From Balanoglossus misakiensis (Eukaryota; Animalia; Hemichordata), in NCBI GenBank assembly GCA_040954595.2, contig CM082582.2:9229483-9293482 (forward strand): a DNA stretch of 64,000 bases. The letters are read 5' to 3'. This document shows positions 50,101-62,390 of this stretch, piece after piece. Within the stretch, counting starts at the first letter, position 1; each line of letters begins with the position of its first letter. A program made the translations under genes and the position numbers. The notes under the pieces were generated by a model. The model made no database searches, was not told the DNA's origin, and saw only the letters and a list, made by a program, of their open reading frames with translations.

Positions 50101-53100
50101 TTCGCGAAATTTCAAAATTTGGTGGTTTTTGGATAAAAACCATGGGTTATAGCTCATGAAAATCATCCAGAAATGTCAATTTTTCGACTTAGCGAAATTT
50201 CAAAATTTGGTGGTTTTTGGATAAAAACCATGGGTTATAGCTCATGAAAATCATCCAGAAATGTCAATTTTTCGACTTCGCGAAATTTCAAAATTTGGTG
50301 GTTTTTGGATAAAAACCATGGGTTATAGCTCATGAAAATCATCCAGAAATGTCAATTTTTCGACTTCGCGAAATTTCAAAATTTGGTGGTTTTTGGATAA
50401 AAACCATGGGTTATAGCTCATGAAAATCATCCAGAAATGTCAATTTTTCGACTTCGCGAAATTTCAAAATTTGGTGGTTTTTGGATAAAAACCATGGGTT
50501 ATAGCTCATGAAAATCATCCAGAAATGTCAATTTTTCGACTTCGCGAAATTTCAAAATTTGGTGGTTTTTGGATAAAAACCATGGGTTATAGCTCATGAA
50601 AATCATCCAGAAATGTCAATTTTTCGACTTCGCGAAATTTCAAAATTTGGTGGTGTTTGGATAAAAACCATGGGTTATAGCTCATGAAAATCATCCAGAA
50701 ATGTCAATTTTTCGACTTCGCGAAATTTCAAAATTTGGTGGTTTTTGGATAAAAACCATGGGTTATAGCTCATGAAAATCATCCAGAAATGTCAATTTTT
50801 CGACTTCGCGAAATTTCAAAATTTGGTGGTTTTTGGATAAAAACCATGGGTTATAGCTCATGAAAATCATCCAGAAATGTCAATTTTTCGACTTCGCGAA
50901 ATTTCAAAATTTGGTGGTTTTTGGATAAAAACCATGGGTTATAGCTCATGAAAATCATCCAGAAATGTCAATTTTTCGACTTCGCGAAATTTCAAAATTT
51001 GGTGGTTTTTGGATAAAAACCATGGGTTATAGCTCATGAAAATCATCCAGAAATGTCAATTTTTCGACTTCGCGAAATTTCAAAATTTGGTGGTTTTTGG
51101 ATAAAAACCATGGGTTATAGCTCATGAAAATCATCCAGAAATGTCAATTTTTCGACTTCGCGAAATTTCAAAATTTGGTGGTTTTTGGATAAAAACCATG
51201 GGTTATAGCTCATGAAAATCATCCAGAAATGTCAATTTTTCGACTTCGCGAAATTTCAAAATTTGGTGGTTTTTGGATAAAAACCATGGGTTATAGCTCA
51301 TGAAAATCATCCAGAAATGTCAATTTTTCGACTTCGCGAAATTTCAAAATTTGGTGGTTTTTGGATAAAAATCATGGGTTATAGCTCATGAAAATCATCC
51401 AGAAATGTCAATTTTTCGACTTCGCGAAATTTCAAAATTTGGTGGTTTTTGGATAAAAACCATGGGTTATAGCTCATGAAAATCATCCAGAAATGTCAAT
51501 TTTTCGACTTCGCGAAATTTCATAATTTGGTGGTTTTTGGATAAAAACCATGGGTTATAGCTCATGAAAATCATCCAGAAATGTCAATTTTTCGACTTTG
51601 CTGATTTTCGAAATTTGGTGATTTTTTGAGAAAATCCATGGGTTATAGCTCATGAAAATCACCGAGAAATGACAATGTTTCGACTTTGCGGATTTTCGAA
51701 ATTTGGTGATTTTTTGAGAAAAACCATGGGTTATAGCTCATGAAAATCACCCAGAAATGACAATTTTTCGACTTCGCGGATTTTTGAAATTTGGTGGTTT
51801 TTGGATAAAAACCATGGGTTATAGCTCATGAAAATCATCCAGAAATGTCAATTTTTCGACTTCGCGAAATTTCAAAATTTGGTGGTTTTTGGATAAAAAC
51901 CATGGGTTATAGCTTATGAAAATCATCCAGAAATGTCAATTTTTCGACTTCGCGAAATTTCAAAATTTGGTGGTTTTTGGATAAAAACCATGGGTTATAG
52001 CTCATGAAAATCATCCAGAAATGTCAATTTTTCGACTTCGCGAAATTTCAAAATTTGGTGGTTTTCGGATAAAAACCATGGGTTATAGCTCATGAAAATC
52101 ATCCAGAAATGTCAATTTTTCGACTTCGCGAAATTTCAAAATTTGGTGGTTTTTGGATAAAAACCATGGGTTATAGCTCATGAAAATCATCCAGAAATGT
52201 CAATTTTTCGACTTCGCGAAATTTCAAAATTTGGTGGTTTTTGGATAAAAATCATGGGTTATAGCTCATGAAAATCATCCAGAAATGTCAATTTTTCGAC
52301 TTCGCGAAATTTCAAAATTTGGTGGTTTTTGGATAAAAACCATGGGTTATAGCTCATGAAAATCATCCAGAAATGTCAATTTTTCGACTTCGCGAAATTT
52401 CAAAATTTGGTGGTTTTTGGATAAAAACCATGGGTTATAGCTCATGAAAATCATCCAGAAATGTCAATTTTTCGACTTCGCGAAATTTCAAAATTTGGTG
52501 GTTTTTGGATAAAAACCATGGGTTATAGCTCATGAAAATCATCCAGAAATGTCAATTTTTCGACTTCGCGAAATTTCAAAATTTGGTGGTTTTTGGATAA
52601 AAACCATGGGTTATAGCTCATGAAAATCATCCAGAAATGTCAATTTTTCGACTTCGCGAAATTTCAAAATTTGGTGGTTTTTGGATAAAAACCATGGGTT
52701 ATAGCTCATGAAAATCATCCAGAAATGTCAATTTTTCGACTTCGCGAAATTTCAAAATTTGGTGGTTTTTGGATAAAAACCATGGGTTATAGCTCATGAA
52801 AATCATCCAGAAATGTCAATTTTTCGACTTCGCGAAATTTCAAAATTTGGTGGTTTTTGGATAAAAACCATGGGTTATAGCTCATGAAAATCATCCAGAA
52901 ATGTCAATTTTTCGACTTCGCGAAATTTCAAAATTTGGTGGTTTTTGGATAAAAACCATGGGTTATAGCTCATGAAAATCATCCAGAAATGTCAATTTTT
53001 CGACTTCGCGAAATTTCAAAATTTGGTGGTTTTTGGATAAAAACCATGGGTTATAGCTCATGAAAATCATCCAGAAATGTCAATTTTTCGACTTCGCGAA

Positions 53101-56100
53101 ATTTCATAATTTGGTGGTTTTTGGATAAAAACCATGGGTTATAGCTCATGAAAATCATCCAGAAATGTCAATTTTTCGACTTTGCTGATTTTCGAAATTT
53201 GGTGATTTTTTGAGAAAATCCATGGGTTATAGCTCATGAAAATCACCGAGAAATGACAATGTTTCGACTTTGCGGATTTTCGAAATTTGGTGATTTTTTG
53301 AGAAAAACCATGGGTTATAGCTCATGAAAATCACCCAGAAATGACAATTTTTCGACTTCGCGGATTTTTGAAATTTGGTGGTTTTTGGATAAAAACCATG
53401 GGTTATAGCTCATGAAAATCATCCAGAAATGTCAATTTTTCGACTTCGCGAAATTTCAAAATTTGGTGGTTTTTGGATAAAAACCATGGGTTATAGCTTA
53501 TGAAAATCATCCAGAAATGTCAATTTTTCGACTTCGCGAAATTTCAAAATTTGGTGGTTTTTGGATAAAAACCATGGGTTATAGCTCATGAAAATCATCC
53601 AGAAATGTCAATTTTTCGACTTCGCGAAATTTCAAAATTTGGTGGTTTTCGGATAAAAACCATGGGTTATAGCTCATGAAAATCATCCAGAAATGTCAAT
53701 TTTTCGACTTCGCGAAATTTCAAAATTTGGTGGTTTTTGGATAAAAACCATGGGTTATAGCTCATGAAAATCATCCAGAAATGTCAATTTTTCGACTTCG
53801 CGAAATTTCAAAATTTGGTGGTTTTTGGATAAAAATCATGGGTTATAGCTCATGAAAATCATCCAGAAATGTCAATTTTTCGACTTCGCGAAATTTCAAA
53901 ATTTGGTGGTTTTTGGATAAAAACCATGGGTTATAGCTCATGAAAATCATCCAGAAATGTCAATTTTTCGACTTCGCGAAATTTCAAAATTTGGTGGTTT
54001 TTGGATAAAAACCATGGGTTATAGCTCATGAAAATCATCCAGAAATGTCAATTTTTCGACTTCGCGAAATTTCAAAATTTGGTGGTTTTTGGATAAAAAC
54101 CATGGGTTATAGCTCATGAAAATCATCCAGAAATGTCAATTTTTCGACTTCGCGAAATTTCAAAATTTGGTGGTTTTTGGATAAAAACCATGGGTTATAG
54201 CTCATGAAAATCATCCAGAAATGTCAATTTTTCGACTTCGCGAAATTTCATAATTTGGTGGTTTTTGGATAAAAACCATGGGTTATAGCTCATGAAAATC
54301 ATCCAGAAATGTCAATTTTTCGACTTTGCTGATTTTCGAAATTTGGTGATTTTTTGAGAAAATCCATGGGTTATAGCTCATGAAAATCACCGAGAAATGA
54401 CAATGTTTCGACTTTGCGGATTTTCGAAATTTGGTGATTTTTTGAGAAAAACCATGGGTTATAGCTCATGAAAATCACCCAGAAATGACAATTTTTCGAC
54501 TTCGCGGATTTTTGAAATTTGGTGGTTTTTGGATAAAAACCATGGGTTATAGCTCATGAAAATCATCCAGAAATGTCAATTTTTCGACTTCGCGAAATTT
54601 CAAAATTTGGTGGTTTTTGGATAAAAACCATGGGTTATAGCTCATGAAAATCATCCAGAAATGTCAATTTTTCGACTTCGCGAAATTTCAAAATTTGGTG
54701 GTTTTTGGATAAAAACAATGGGTTATAGCTCATGAAAATCATCCAGAAATGTCAATTTTTCGACTTCGCGAAATTTCAAAATTTGGTGGTTTTTGGATAA
54801 AAACCATGGGTTATAGCACATGAAAATCATCTAGAAATGTCAATTTTTCGACTTCGCGAAATTTCAAAATTTGGTGGTTTTTGGATAAAAACCATGGGTT
54901 ATAGCTCATGAAAATCATCCAGAAACGTCAATTTTTCGACTTCGCGAAATTTCAAAATTTGGTGGTTTTTGGATAAAAACCATGGGTTATAGCTCATGAA
55001 AGTCATCCAGAAATGTCAATTTTTCGACTTCGCGAAATTGCAAAATTTGGTGGTTTTTGGATAAAAACCATGGGTTATAGCTCATGAAAGTCATCCAGAA
55101 ATGTCAATTTTTCGACTTCGCGAAATTTCAAAATTTGGTGGTTTTTGGATAAAAACCATGGGTTATAGCTCATGAAAGTCATCCAGAAATGTCAATTTTT
55201 CGACTTCGCGAAATTTCAAAATTTGGTGGTTTTTGGATAAAAACCATGGGTTATAGCTCATGAAAGTCATCCAGAAATGTCAATTTTTCGACTTCGCGAA
55301 ATTTCAAAATTTGGTGGTTTTTGGATAAAAACCATGGGTTATAGCTCATGAAAATCATCCAGAAATGTCAATTTTTCGACTTCGCGAAATTTCAAAATTT
55401 GGTGGTTTTTGGATAAAAACCATGGGTTATAGCTCATGAAAATCATCCAGAAATGTCAATTTTTCGACTTCGCGAAATTTCAAAATTTGGTGGTGTTTGG
55501 ATAAAAACCATGGGTTATAGCTCATGAAAATCATCCAGAAATGTCAATTTTTCGACTTCGCGAAATTTCAAAATTTGGTGGTTTTTGGATAAAAACCATG
55601 GGTTATAGCTCATGAAAATCATCCAGAAATGTCAATTTTTCGACTTCGCGAAATTTCAAAATTTGGTGGTTTTTGGATAAAAACCATGGGTTATAGCTCA
55701 TGAAAATCATCCAGAAATGTCAATTTTTCGACTTCGCGAAATTTCAAAATTTGGTGGTTTTTGGATAAAAACCATGGGTTATAGCTCATGAAAATCATCC
55801 AGAAATGTCAATTTTTCGACTTCGCGAAATTTCAAAATTTGGTGGTTTTTGGATAAAAACCATGGGTTATAGCTCATGAAAATCATCCAGAAATGTCAAT
55901 TTTTCGACTTCGCGAAATTTCAAAATTTGGTGGTTTTTGGATAAAAACCATGGGTTATAGCTCATGAAAATCATCCAGAAATGTCAATTTTTCGACTTCG
56001 CGAAATTTCAAAATTTGGTGGTTTTTGGATAAAAACCATGGGTTATAGCTCATGAAAATCATCCAGAAATGTCAATTTTTCGACTTCGCGAAATTTCAAA

Positions 56101-58916
56101 ATTTGGTGGTTTTTGGATAAAACCATGGGTTATAGCTCATGAAAATCATCCAGAAATATCAATTTTTCGACTTCGCGAAATTTCAAAAATTTGGTGGTTT
56201 TTGGATAAAAACCATGGGTTATAGCTCATGAAAATCATCCAGAAATGTCAATTTTTCGACTTCGCGAAATTTCAAAATTTGGTGGTTTTTGGATAAAAAC
56301 CATGGGTTATAGCTAATGAAAATCATCCAGAAATGTCAATTTTTCGACTTCGCGAAATTTCAAAATTTGGTGGTTTTTGGATAAAAACCATGGGTTATAG
56401 CTCATGAAAATCATCCAGAAATGTCAATTTTTCGACTTCGCGAAATTTCAAAATTTGGTGGTTTTTGGATAAAAACCATGGGTTATAGCTCATGAAAATC
56501 ATCCAGAAATGTCAATTTTTCGACTTCGCGAAATTTCAAAATTTGGTGGTTTTTGGATAAAAACCATGGGTTATAGCTCATGAAAATCATCCAGAAATGT
56601 CAATTTTTCGACTTCGCGAAATTTCAAAATTTGGTGGTTTTTGGATAAAACCATGGGTTATAGCTCATGAAAATCATCCAGAAATATCAATTTTTCGACT
56701 TCGCGAAATTTCAAAAATTTGGTGGTTTTTGGATAAAAACCATGGGTTATAGCTCATGAAAATCATCCAGAAATGTCAATTTTTCGACTTCGCGAAATTT
56801 CAAAATTTGGTGGTTTTTGGATAAAAACCATGGGTTATAGCTAATGAAAATCATCCAGAAATGTCAATTTTTCGACTTCGCGAAATTTCAAAATTTGGTG
56901 GTTTTTGGATAAAAACCATGGGTTATAGCTCATGAAAATCATCCAGAAATGTCAATTTTTCGACTTCGCGAAATTTCAAAATTTGGTGGTTTTTGGATAA
57001 AAACCATGGGTTATAGCTCATGAAATCACTCAAAAATGACAATTTTTTGACTTTGCTGATTTTCGAAATTTGGTGAATTTTTGAGAAAAACCATGGGTTA
57101 TAGCTCATGAAAATCACCAAGAAATGACAATTTTACGACTTTGCGGATTTTCAAAATTTGGTGATTTTTTGAGAAAAACCATGGGTTATAGCTCATGAAA
57201 ATCACCCAGAAATGAAAATTTTTCGACTTTGCGGATTTTTGAAATTTGGTGATTTTTTGAGAAAAACCATGGGTTATAGATCATGAAATCACCCAGAAAT
57301 GACAATTTTTCGACTTTGCGGATTTCCGAAATTTGGTGATTTTTTGAGAAAAACCATGGGTTATAGATCATGAAATCACTCAGAAATGACAATTTTTCGA
57401 CTTTGCTGATTTTCGAAATTTGGTGATTTTTTGAGAAAAACCATGGGTTATAGCTCATGAAAATCACCCAGAAATGACAATTTTTCGACTTTGCGGATTT
57501 TCAAAATTTGGTGATTTTTTGAGAAAAACCATGGGTTATAGCTCATGAAATCACTCAGAAATGACAATTTTTCGACTTTGCGGATTTTCGAAATTTGGTG
57601 ATTTTTTGAGAAAAAACATGGGTTATAGCTCATGAAAATCACCCAGAAATGACAATTTTTCGACTTTGCGGATTTTTGAAATTTGGTGATTTTTCGAGAA
57701 AAACCATGGGTTATAGCTCATGAAATCACCCAGAAATGACAATTTTTCGACTTTGCGGATTTTCGAAATTTGGTCATTTTTTGAAAAAATCATGGGTTAT
57801 AGCTCATGAAAATCGTCAAAAAATGAGGATTTTTCGACTTTGCGGATTTTCGAAATTTGGTCATTTTTTGAAAAAAAACATGGGTTATAGCTCAGGAAAA
57901 TCGTCAAAAAATGAAGATTTTTCGACTTTGCGGATTTTCGAAATTTAGTCATTTTTTAAAAAAATCATGGGTTATAGCTCAGGAAAATCGTCAAAAAAGA
58001 GGATTTTTCGACTTTGCGGATTTTCGAAATTTGGTCATTTTTTGAAAAAATCGTGGGTTATAGCTCAGGAAAATCGTCAAAAAATGAGGATTTTTCGACT
58101 TTGCGGATTTTCGAAATTTGGTCATTTTTTGAAAAAACCATGGGTTATAGCTCAGGAAAATCGTCAAAAAATGAGGATTTTTCGACTTTGCGGATTTTCG
58201 AAATTTGGTCATTTTTTGAAAAAATCATGGGTTATAGCTCAGGAAAATCGTCAAAAAATGAGGATTTTTCGACTTTGCGGATTTTCGAAATTTGGTCATT
58301 TTTTGAAAAAATCATGGGTTATAGCTCAGGAAAATCGTCAAAAAATGAGGATTTTTCGACTTTGCGGATTTTCGAAATTTGGTCATTTTTTGAAAAAATC
58401 ATGGGTTATAGCTCAGGAAAATCGTCAAAAAATGAGGATTTTTCGACTTTGCGGATTTTCGAAATTTGGTCATTTTTTGAAAAAAACCATGGGTTATAGC
58501 TCAGGAAAATCGTCAAAAAATGACGATTTTTCGACTTTGCGAATTTTCGAAATTTGGTCATTTTTTGAAAAAATCATGGGTTATAGCTCATGAAAATCGT
58601 CAAAAAATGAGCATTTTTCGACTTTGCGGATTTTTGAAATTTGGTCATTTTTTGAAAAAACCATGGGTTATAGCTCAGGAAAATCGTCAAAAAATGAGCA
58701 TTTTTCGACTTTGTGGCTTTTCGAAATTTGGTCATTTTTTGAAAAAATCATGGGTTATAGCTCAGGAAAATCGTCAAAAAATGAGGATTTTTCAACTTTG
58801 CGGATTTTCGAAATTTGGTCATCTTTTGAAAAAATCATGGGTTATAGCCCAGGAAAATCGTCAAGAAATGAGGATTTTTCGACTTTGTGGATTTTCGAAA
58901 TTTGGTCATTTTTTGA
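44105..58916 (-). repeat. Satellite array, right arm (about 168 units), reverse complement of the left-arm monomer
   Basis: The monomer reads AAATTTCAAAATTTGGTGGTTTTTGGATAAAAACCATGGGTTATAGCTCATGAAAATCATCCAGAAATGTCAATTTTTCGACTTCGCG. Zones: C' ~44105-57020; B' ~57020-57770; A' ~57770-58916. Confidence 0.97.
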
Positions 58917-60455
58917 TATCTTCTCGACCTCGATGTTATTAACAATCGGGTTTATACTGCTGAATGGACGATATCTGATTGAGACACGCCAGACTCGCAA
59001 TCGTGTCCGTTGCGATATCTGCGGTGTCGTTTATTATCTGGTAAATTGAGTTGGTCGCAAGATGACAGCGAATAAACAACTTGAAGCGCAATCGTGGTTG
59101 GTGTGTTGGTTTATTGCGTTAGAGGTCGGTGAACTCGATCGAAATGTTTAGTAGTACATGTAGTCCCGTAGAATCATGCAGTCTGCATGGGCCACCAAAG
59201 CTCTTAGCAGTTTGAAGTCAATGGCTCGACATTCCCTCTGCTGTTGGGCGCAGTAATGGACAACGGTAGAACAAGGGGTGGTCATTAGTAACTATACGCC
59301 TCCTTCAGGAATTTTAAGAGTGTAATAGCTCTAACCTCAGGAGCAAGGATGTTGAGCTATTTAGAGCACGGACCCTGGGACTGTTGATGATAGAATAAGG
59401 TCTTATATCTGACCGACAGTGCAGTAAAGTCATTGTCACCTTAAGCTTTTATTATATTGTGAGGTCCGTGTGGTGTAGATGAAGATGACCCTTGTTCAAT
59501 AAAGGAGGTGAGGGGGACAAGTTGTCTACCTGCAAGAGAAAGTGGACGAGGCTGCATCTATCCTCAAAAGCCACCCAACTTTTGTGTCAGTGTGGTTAGT
59601 TTTTCCATAGACCTTATTGCTCCCAGGGTCTGTGTTTTTTTTTTATGTGTCCAAGGTGATCTCGACGCCAAACCATCACCGATAAAAATTCCCGATCGTG
59701 CCGACTTGCTGAGCGAGCGATATCAGAAGGAGACAAACCGCGCCGGAGCCGCAATTGTTCAACAGTGACCATTTAACGATGTCTGTCGTATCGTCAGTTA
59801 CCTTGACTTGAAGTGGCAACAAGCAAAGCATAAAAATCGTTCAATGCAAACCATGTGTACCAGAACAGAAAGTGCTTTTAGGCTCCTTCTGCGTCCGAGG
59901 TCGTTTTTGCTTGGGCATGTTGTACTTGGCCAACCTTGGCAGATTGAATTCTCCCACCGATTATTACCGCCAATTCTTCGATTCGATGATCAATTTAAAA
60001 TCACAGCTGTACAGCCCTGCCCCTTTCAACGTAAAATGAAAACCGGTAAAGACAGGTATCACTGAAATGTGTGTACACGTTCTGTTTACAATATTGTAAA
60101 GTGTTTCTTGTTGACTCAGTTTATGTTCGCTGTGTCGACCAGGTGACTGTGTACCACATTTGGGCGAAACATTAATTCCAATCACTTTCAGGTAAAGGCG
60201 CAAATTAACCAGCCAAAGTTATTTTTGCCTGATTGTTCGTCGCAGTAAATACATAACCGATTTTTTTTTCTCATTGCAATTGCTCGTATATTTCTTCGTT
60301 GCCATACAATTAGAGGGACGTTCGCCCGGTATGCAGATGTTTGTAAACACACCCAATCACCAAGTTCACAAAAAAATTGTGTGCCCTTGTATCGTTCACA
60401 AGACAAATCACATTAGAGATCCGGGTCATTCAACTGTTTTCGGTTATCTCCGCTC

Positions 60456-60474
60456 AAAACCTTGACATGTCTGG
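60456..60474 (+). promoter_or_regulatory. Conserved 19-bp upstream element AAAACCTTGACATGTCTGG (copy 2), 367 bp before the ATG of short gene 2
   Basis: Identical to 29024-29042, in the same orientation and at a similar distance from the start codon. Confidence 0.6.
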
Positions 60475-60822
60475 TTTTGTAAATCGATACCGACCAATGC
60501 TTGGCAACTGATGTGTATATCACTTCTGTGCACACGACGAGTTTGACAACAACGCCAGAATGATTTCAGATCCCTGTCAGAGGACTACGTAGTATCCGGA
60601 CGTGCCTGGACATATCACACACACACGCCTAAAACTATTCCAGCGCGACGGTTTGCCTAGTTGTGACGAGTTGGTCTCTACCTTTATTGTTCAGGTAAAG
60701 TTAAATATTTTTCTTGAGAAAATCAAACGTATTTAACTACATTTATACGTGTAAGTAGAACATTACATTGGAGAGAGGAGTGTGTAATACAGGTTTGTCT
60801 CTTGTTATTCGCAGGCAAAATC

Positions 60823-61313
60823 ATGGTACTTCTAACAGGAAAGTCATGGGTTGCTGTTCTCTGGTGTATGCTGGCATTTCTGTTTAACGTGGTATTCAGC
60901 GCACCCATAGATTTGGCTGAACCAGGTAATGAAAAGCAGGGTGGATTCGAAAGAAATCGTCGTGTTTTTTTGCTCAAATTTCCGAAGCAAGATTTTGTTA
61001 GTATATGAGCTAAAAGAGTTTCACCATGGTCACAAATGACTGTGAGTTCCTAGTCGGTCCAAAGGACTTGAACCTACACGTTTTAAAGACACCGTACAAA
61101 ATGAAAAGGTAGATATTTGAAAAAACAACGCAAATATTTATCCACTTTTACTTTTTTGCAGAGCAAGGTTTATTCATCAACGCCACTTGTGACGCGGCTG
61201 AGAGATACACGCTCCGGGTTACTCAGGCCGATTGGACATTCATCGTGATGTATTCCTGCTTTGGCTACACTCTTTCGGAGACTGCGCATAAAGAAGTCTT
61301 CCAGGCGATCTGA
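60823..61313 (+). CDS. 84-aa putative secreted mini-protein 2, paralog of 29423-29880; exons 60823-60925 and 61162-61313
   Basis: Acceptor ttcgcAG at 60814 (candidate UTR donor CAG|GTAAAG at 60695). Exon 1 is MVLLTGKSWVAVLWCMLAFLFNVVFSAPIDLAEP, followed by phase-1 G|GTAATG. The acceptor cttttttgcAG at 61161 gives EQGLFINATCDAAERYTLRVTQADWTFIVMYSCFGYTLSETAHKEVFQAI*. AATAAA at 61466. Confidence 0.8.
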
Positions 61314-62390
61314 CGTCCTCACAACCCGAATTAGTACCGAGGATTTTTGCGGGTTGGCTTGTGTGTTGCCCGCTGTTTCCGGCTCGCAACGGTCTTGGTG
61401 AAGAGATACGAGATGTTTTGATGAACGTGACATTATATTAGTGAAAGGATAAGACACTTGTGAATAATAAATATTTTCCATCTGATCCAATGAATTTCAA
61501 ACGAAGATTTCAACTTTTATGACCGTACATCGATGCCGGACATTGGTGGCGAAGGTAAAATTGGTGGGAAAAATTCAACACTGACGAGGTCCCTCCTTTT
61601 CGGAACAGGGATTACATGATGTCATACTTATAAGCAGAAGTGAAAAAATAATACCTGGAAAACGTGATATCCGTAGACTGAGACAGAAACAACAGCTCGC
61701 ATTACCAAGAATAGATATTGATAAGATGCGTATAATGATGATGGTTTTTAAATTTGTTAATATCCGCTACTGTAGATATATCCTGTCGTTATTGTCGAGA
61801 ATAAAGAATTATTCACTACTGACGTGCTGTGCGTTTCACTGAAAGATTTTCTTCGACAGCATGTGATTTGCTGCAGTGTGAAGGTTTCGACCGCGTGGGG
61901 GCGCTCTAGCACCCTGTTGCCACTGGTGACATGCTAAACAACATCCTTTCGCACCTTCAATCGCAAAAAAAACAGATTTGAGTCGTTTGAAATTATTTTA
62001 TTTCGTATAAGTTGTATCAAAAAGTGACATAACAACAGAATAATACATCCACACATATGAATGGTTGTGAACTGTACATGGTCTGGTTCCCCTGCATCAG
62101 GGTTTTAAGAATGATTTTAAAAACTCTAAGGGTTAAAATGCGGACAGTAGCTGTAATTTTGACATGTCTCCAGCATTTACATTTTGTGGTTCAATGTATG
62201 TTGGAAAACATGTAGAATTCGGTTTGTTGGGCAGGTATCTTTGTGTACAGCTGAATGATTAACTGGGCACTTTGGTATTCGCTTCGCAGAATGAACAGTG
62301 GTGGTTGTAGCACAAAACAAAACTGAAGACAAAAAAAGCCAAACTCACAGCTACTGCCCCTTCTATTGTCTTGCAGACTAAATTTCGCTT

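Noticed and set aside
30465-58916. CRISPR-like regular repeat array
   Set aside because: The units are contiguous with no unique spacers, there are no cas genes, and the context is eukaryotic.
30369-58942. Long repetitive ORFs (e.g. 30816-31871, 31870-32475, 57967-58593)
   Set aside because: These are by-products of 87-bp (29-codon) satellite variants staying in frame; they are open in several frames and on both strands and vanish in the 88-bp zones.
30300-58960. Terminal inverted repeats or a target-site duplication bounding the whole satellite
   Set aside because: The unique left leader has no reverse-complement at the right end and I found no direct flanking duplication. A 9/10 inverted match (CGAGATGATA vs TATCTTCTCG) is too short to count, so the array is not called a mobile element.
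59635-59768. Acceptor-like tract followed by GDLDAKPSPIKIPDRADLLSERYQKETNRAG, a possible third mini-gene exon
   Set aside because: There is only a faint SERY..AG resemblance, without the WT or YSCFG motif, and no compatible upstream signal-peptide exon.
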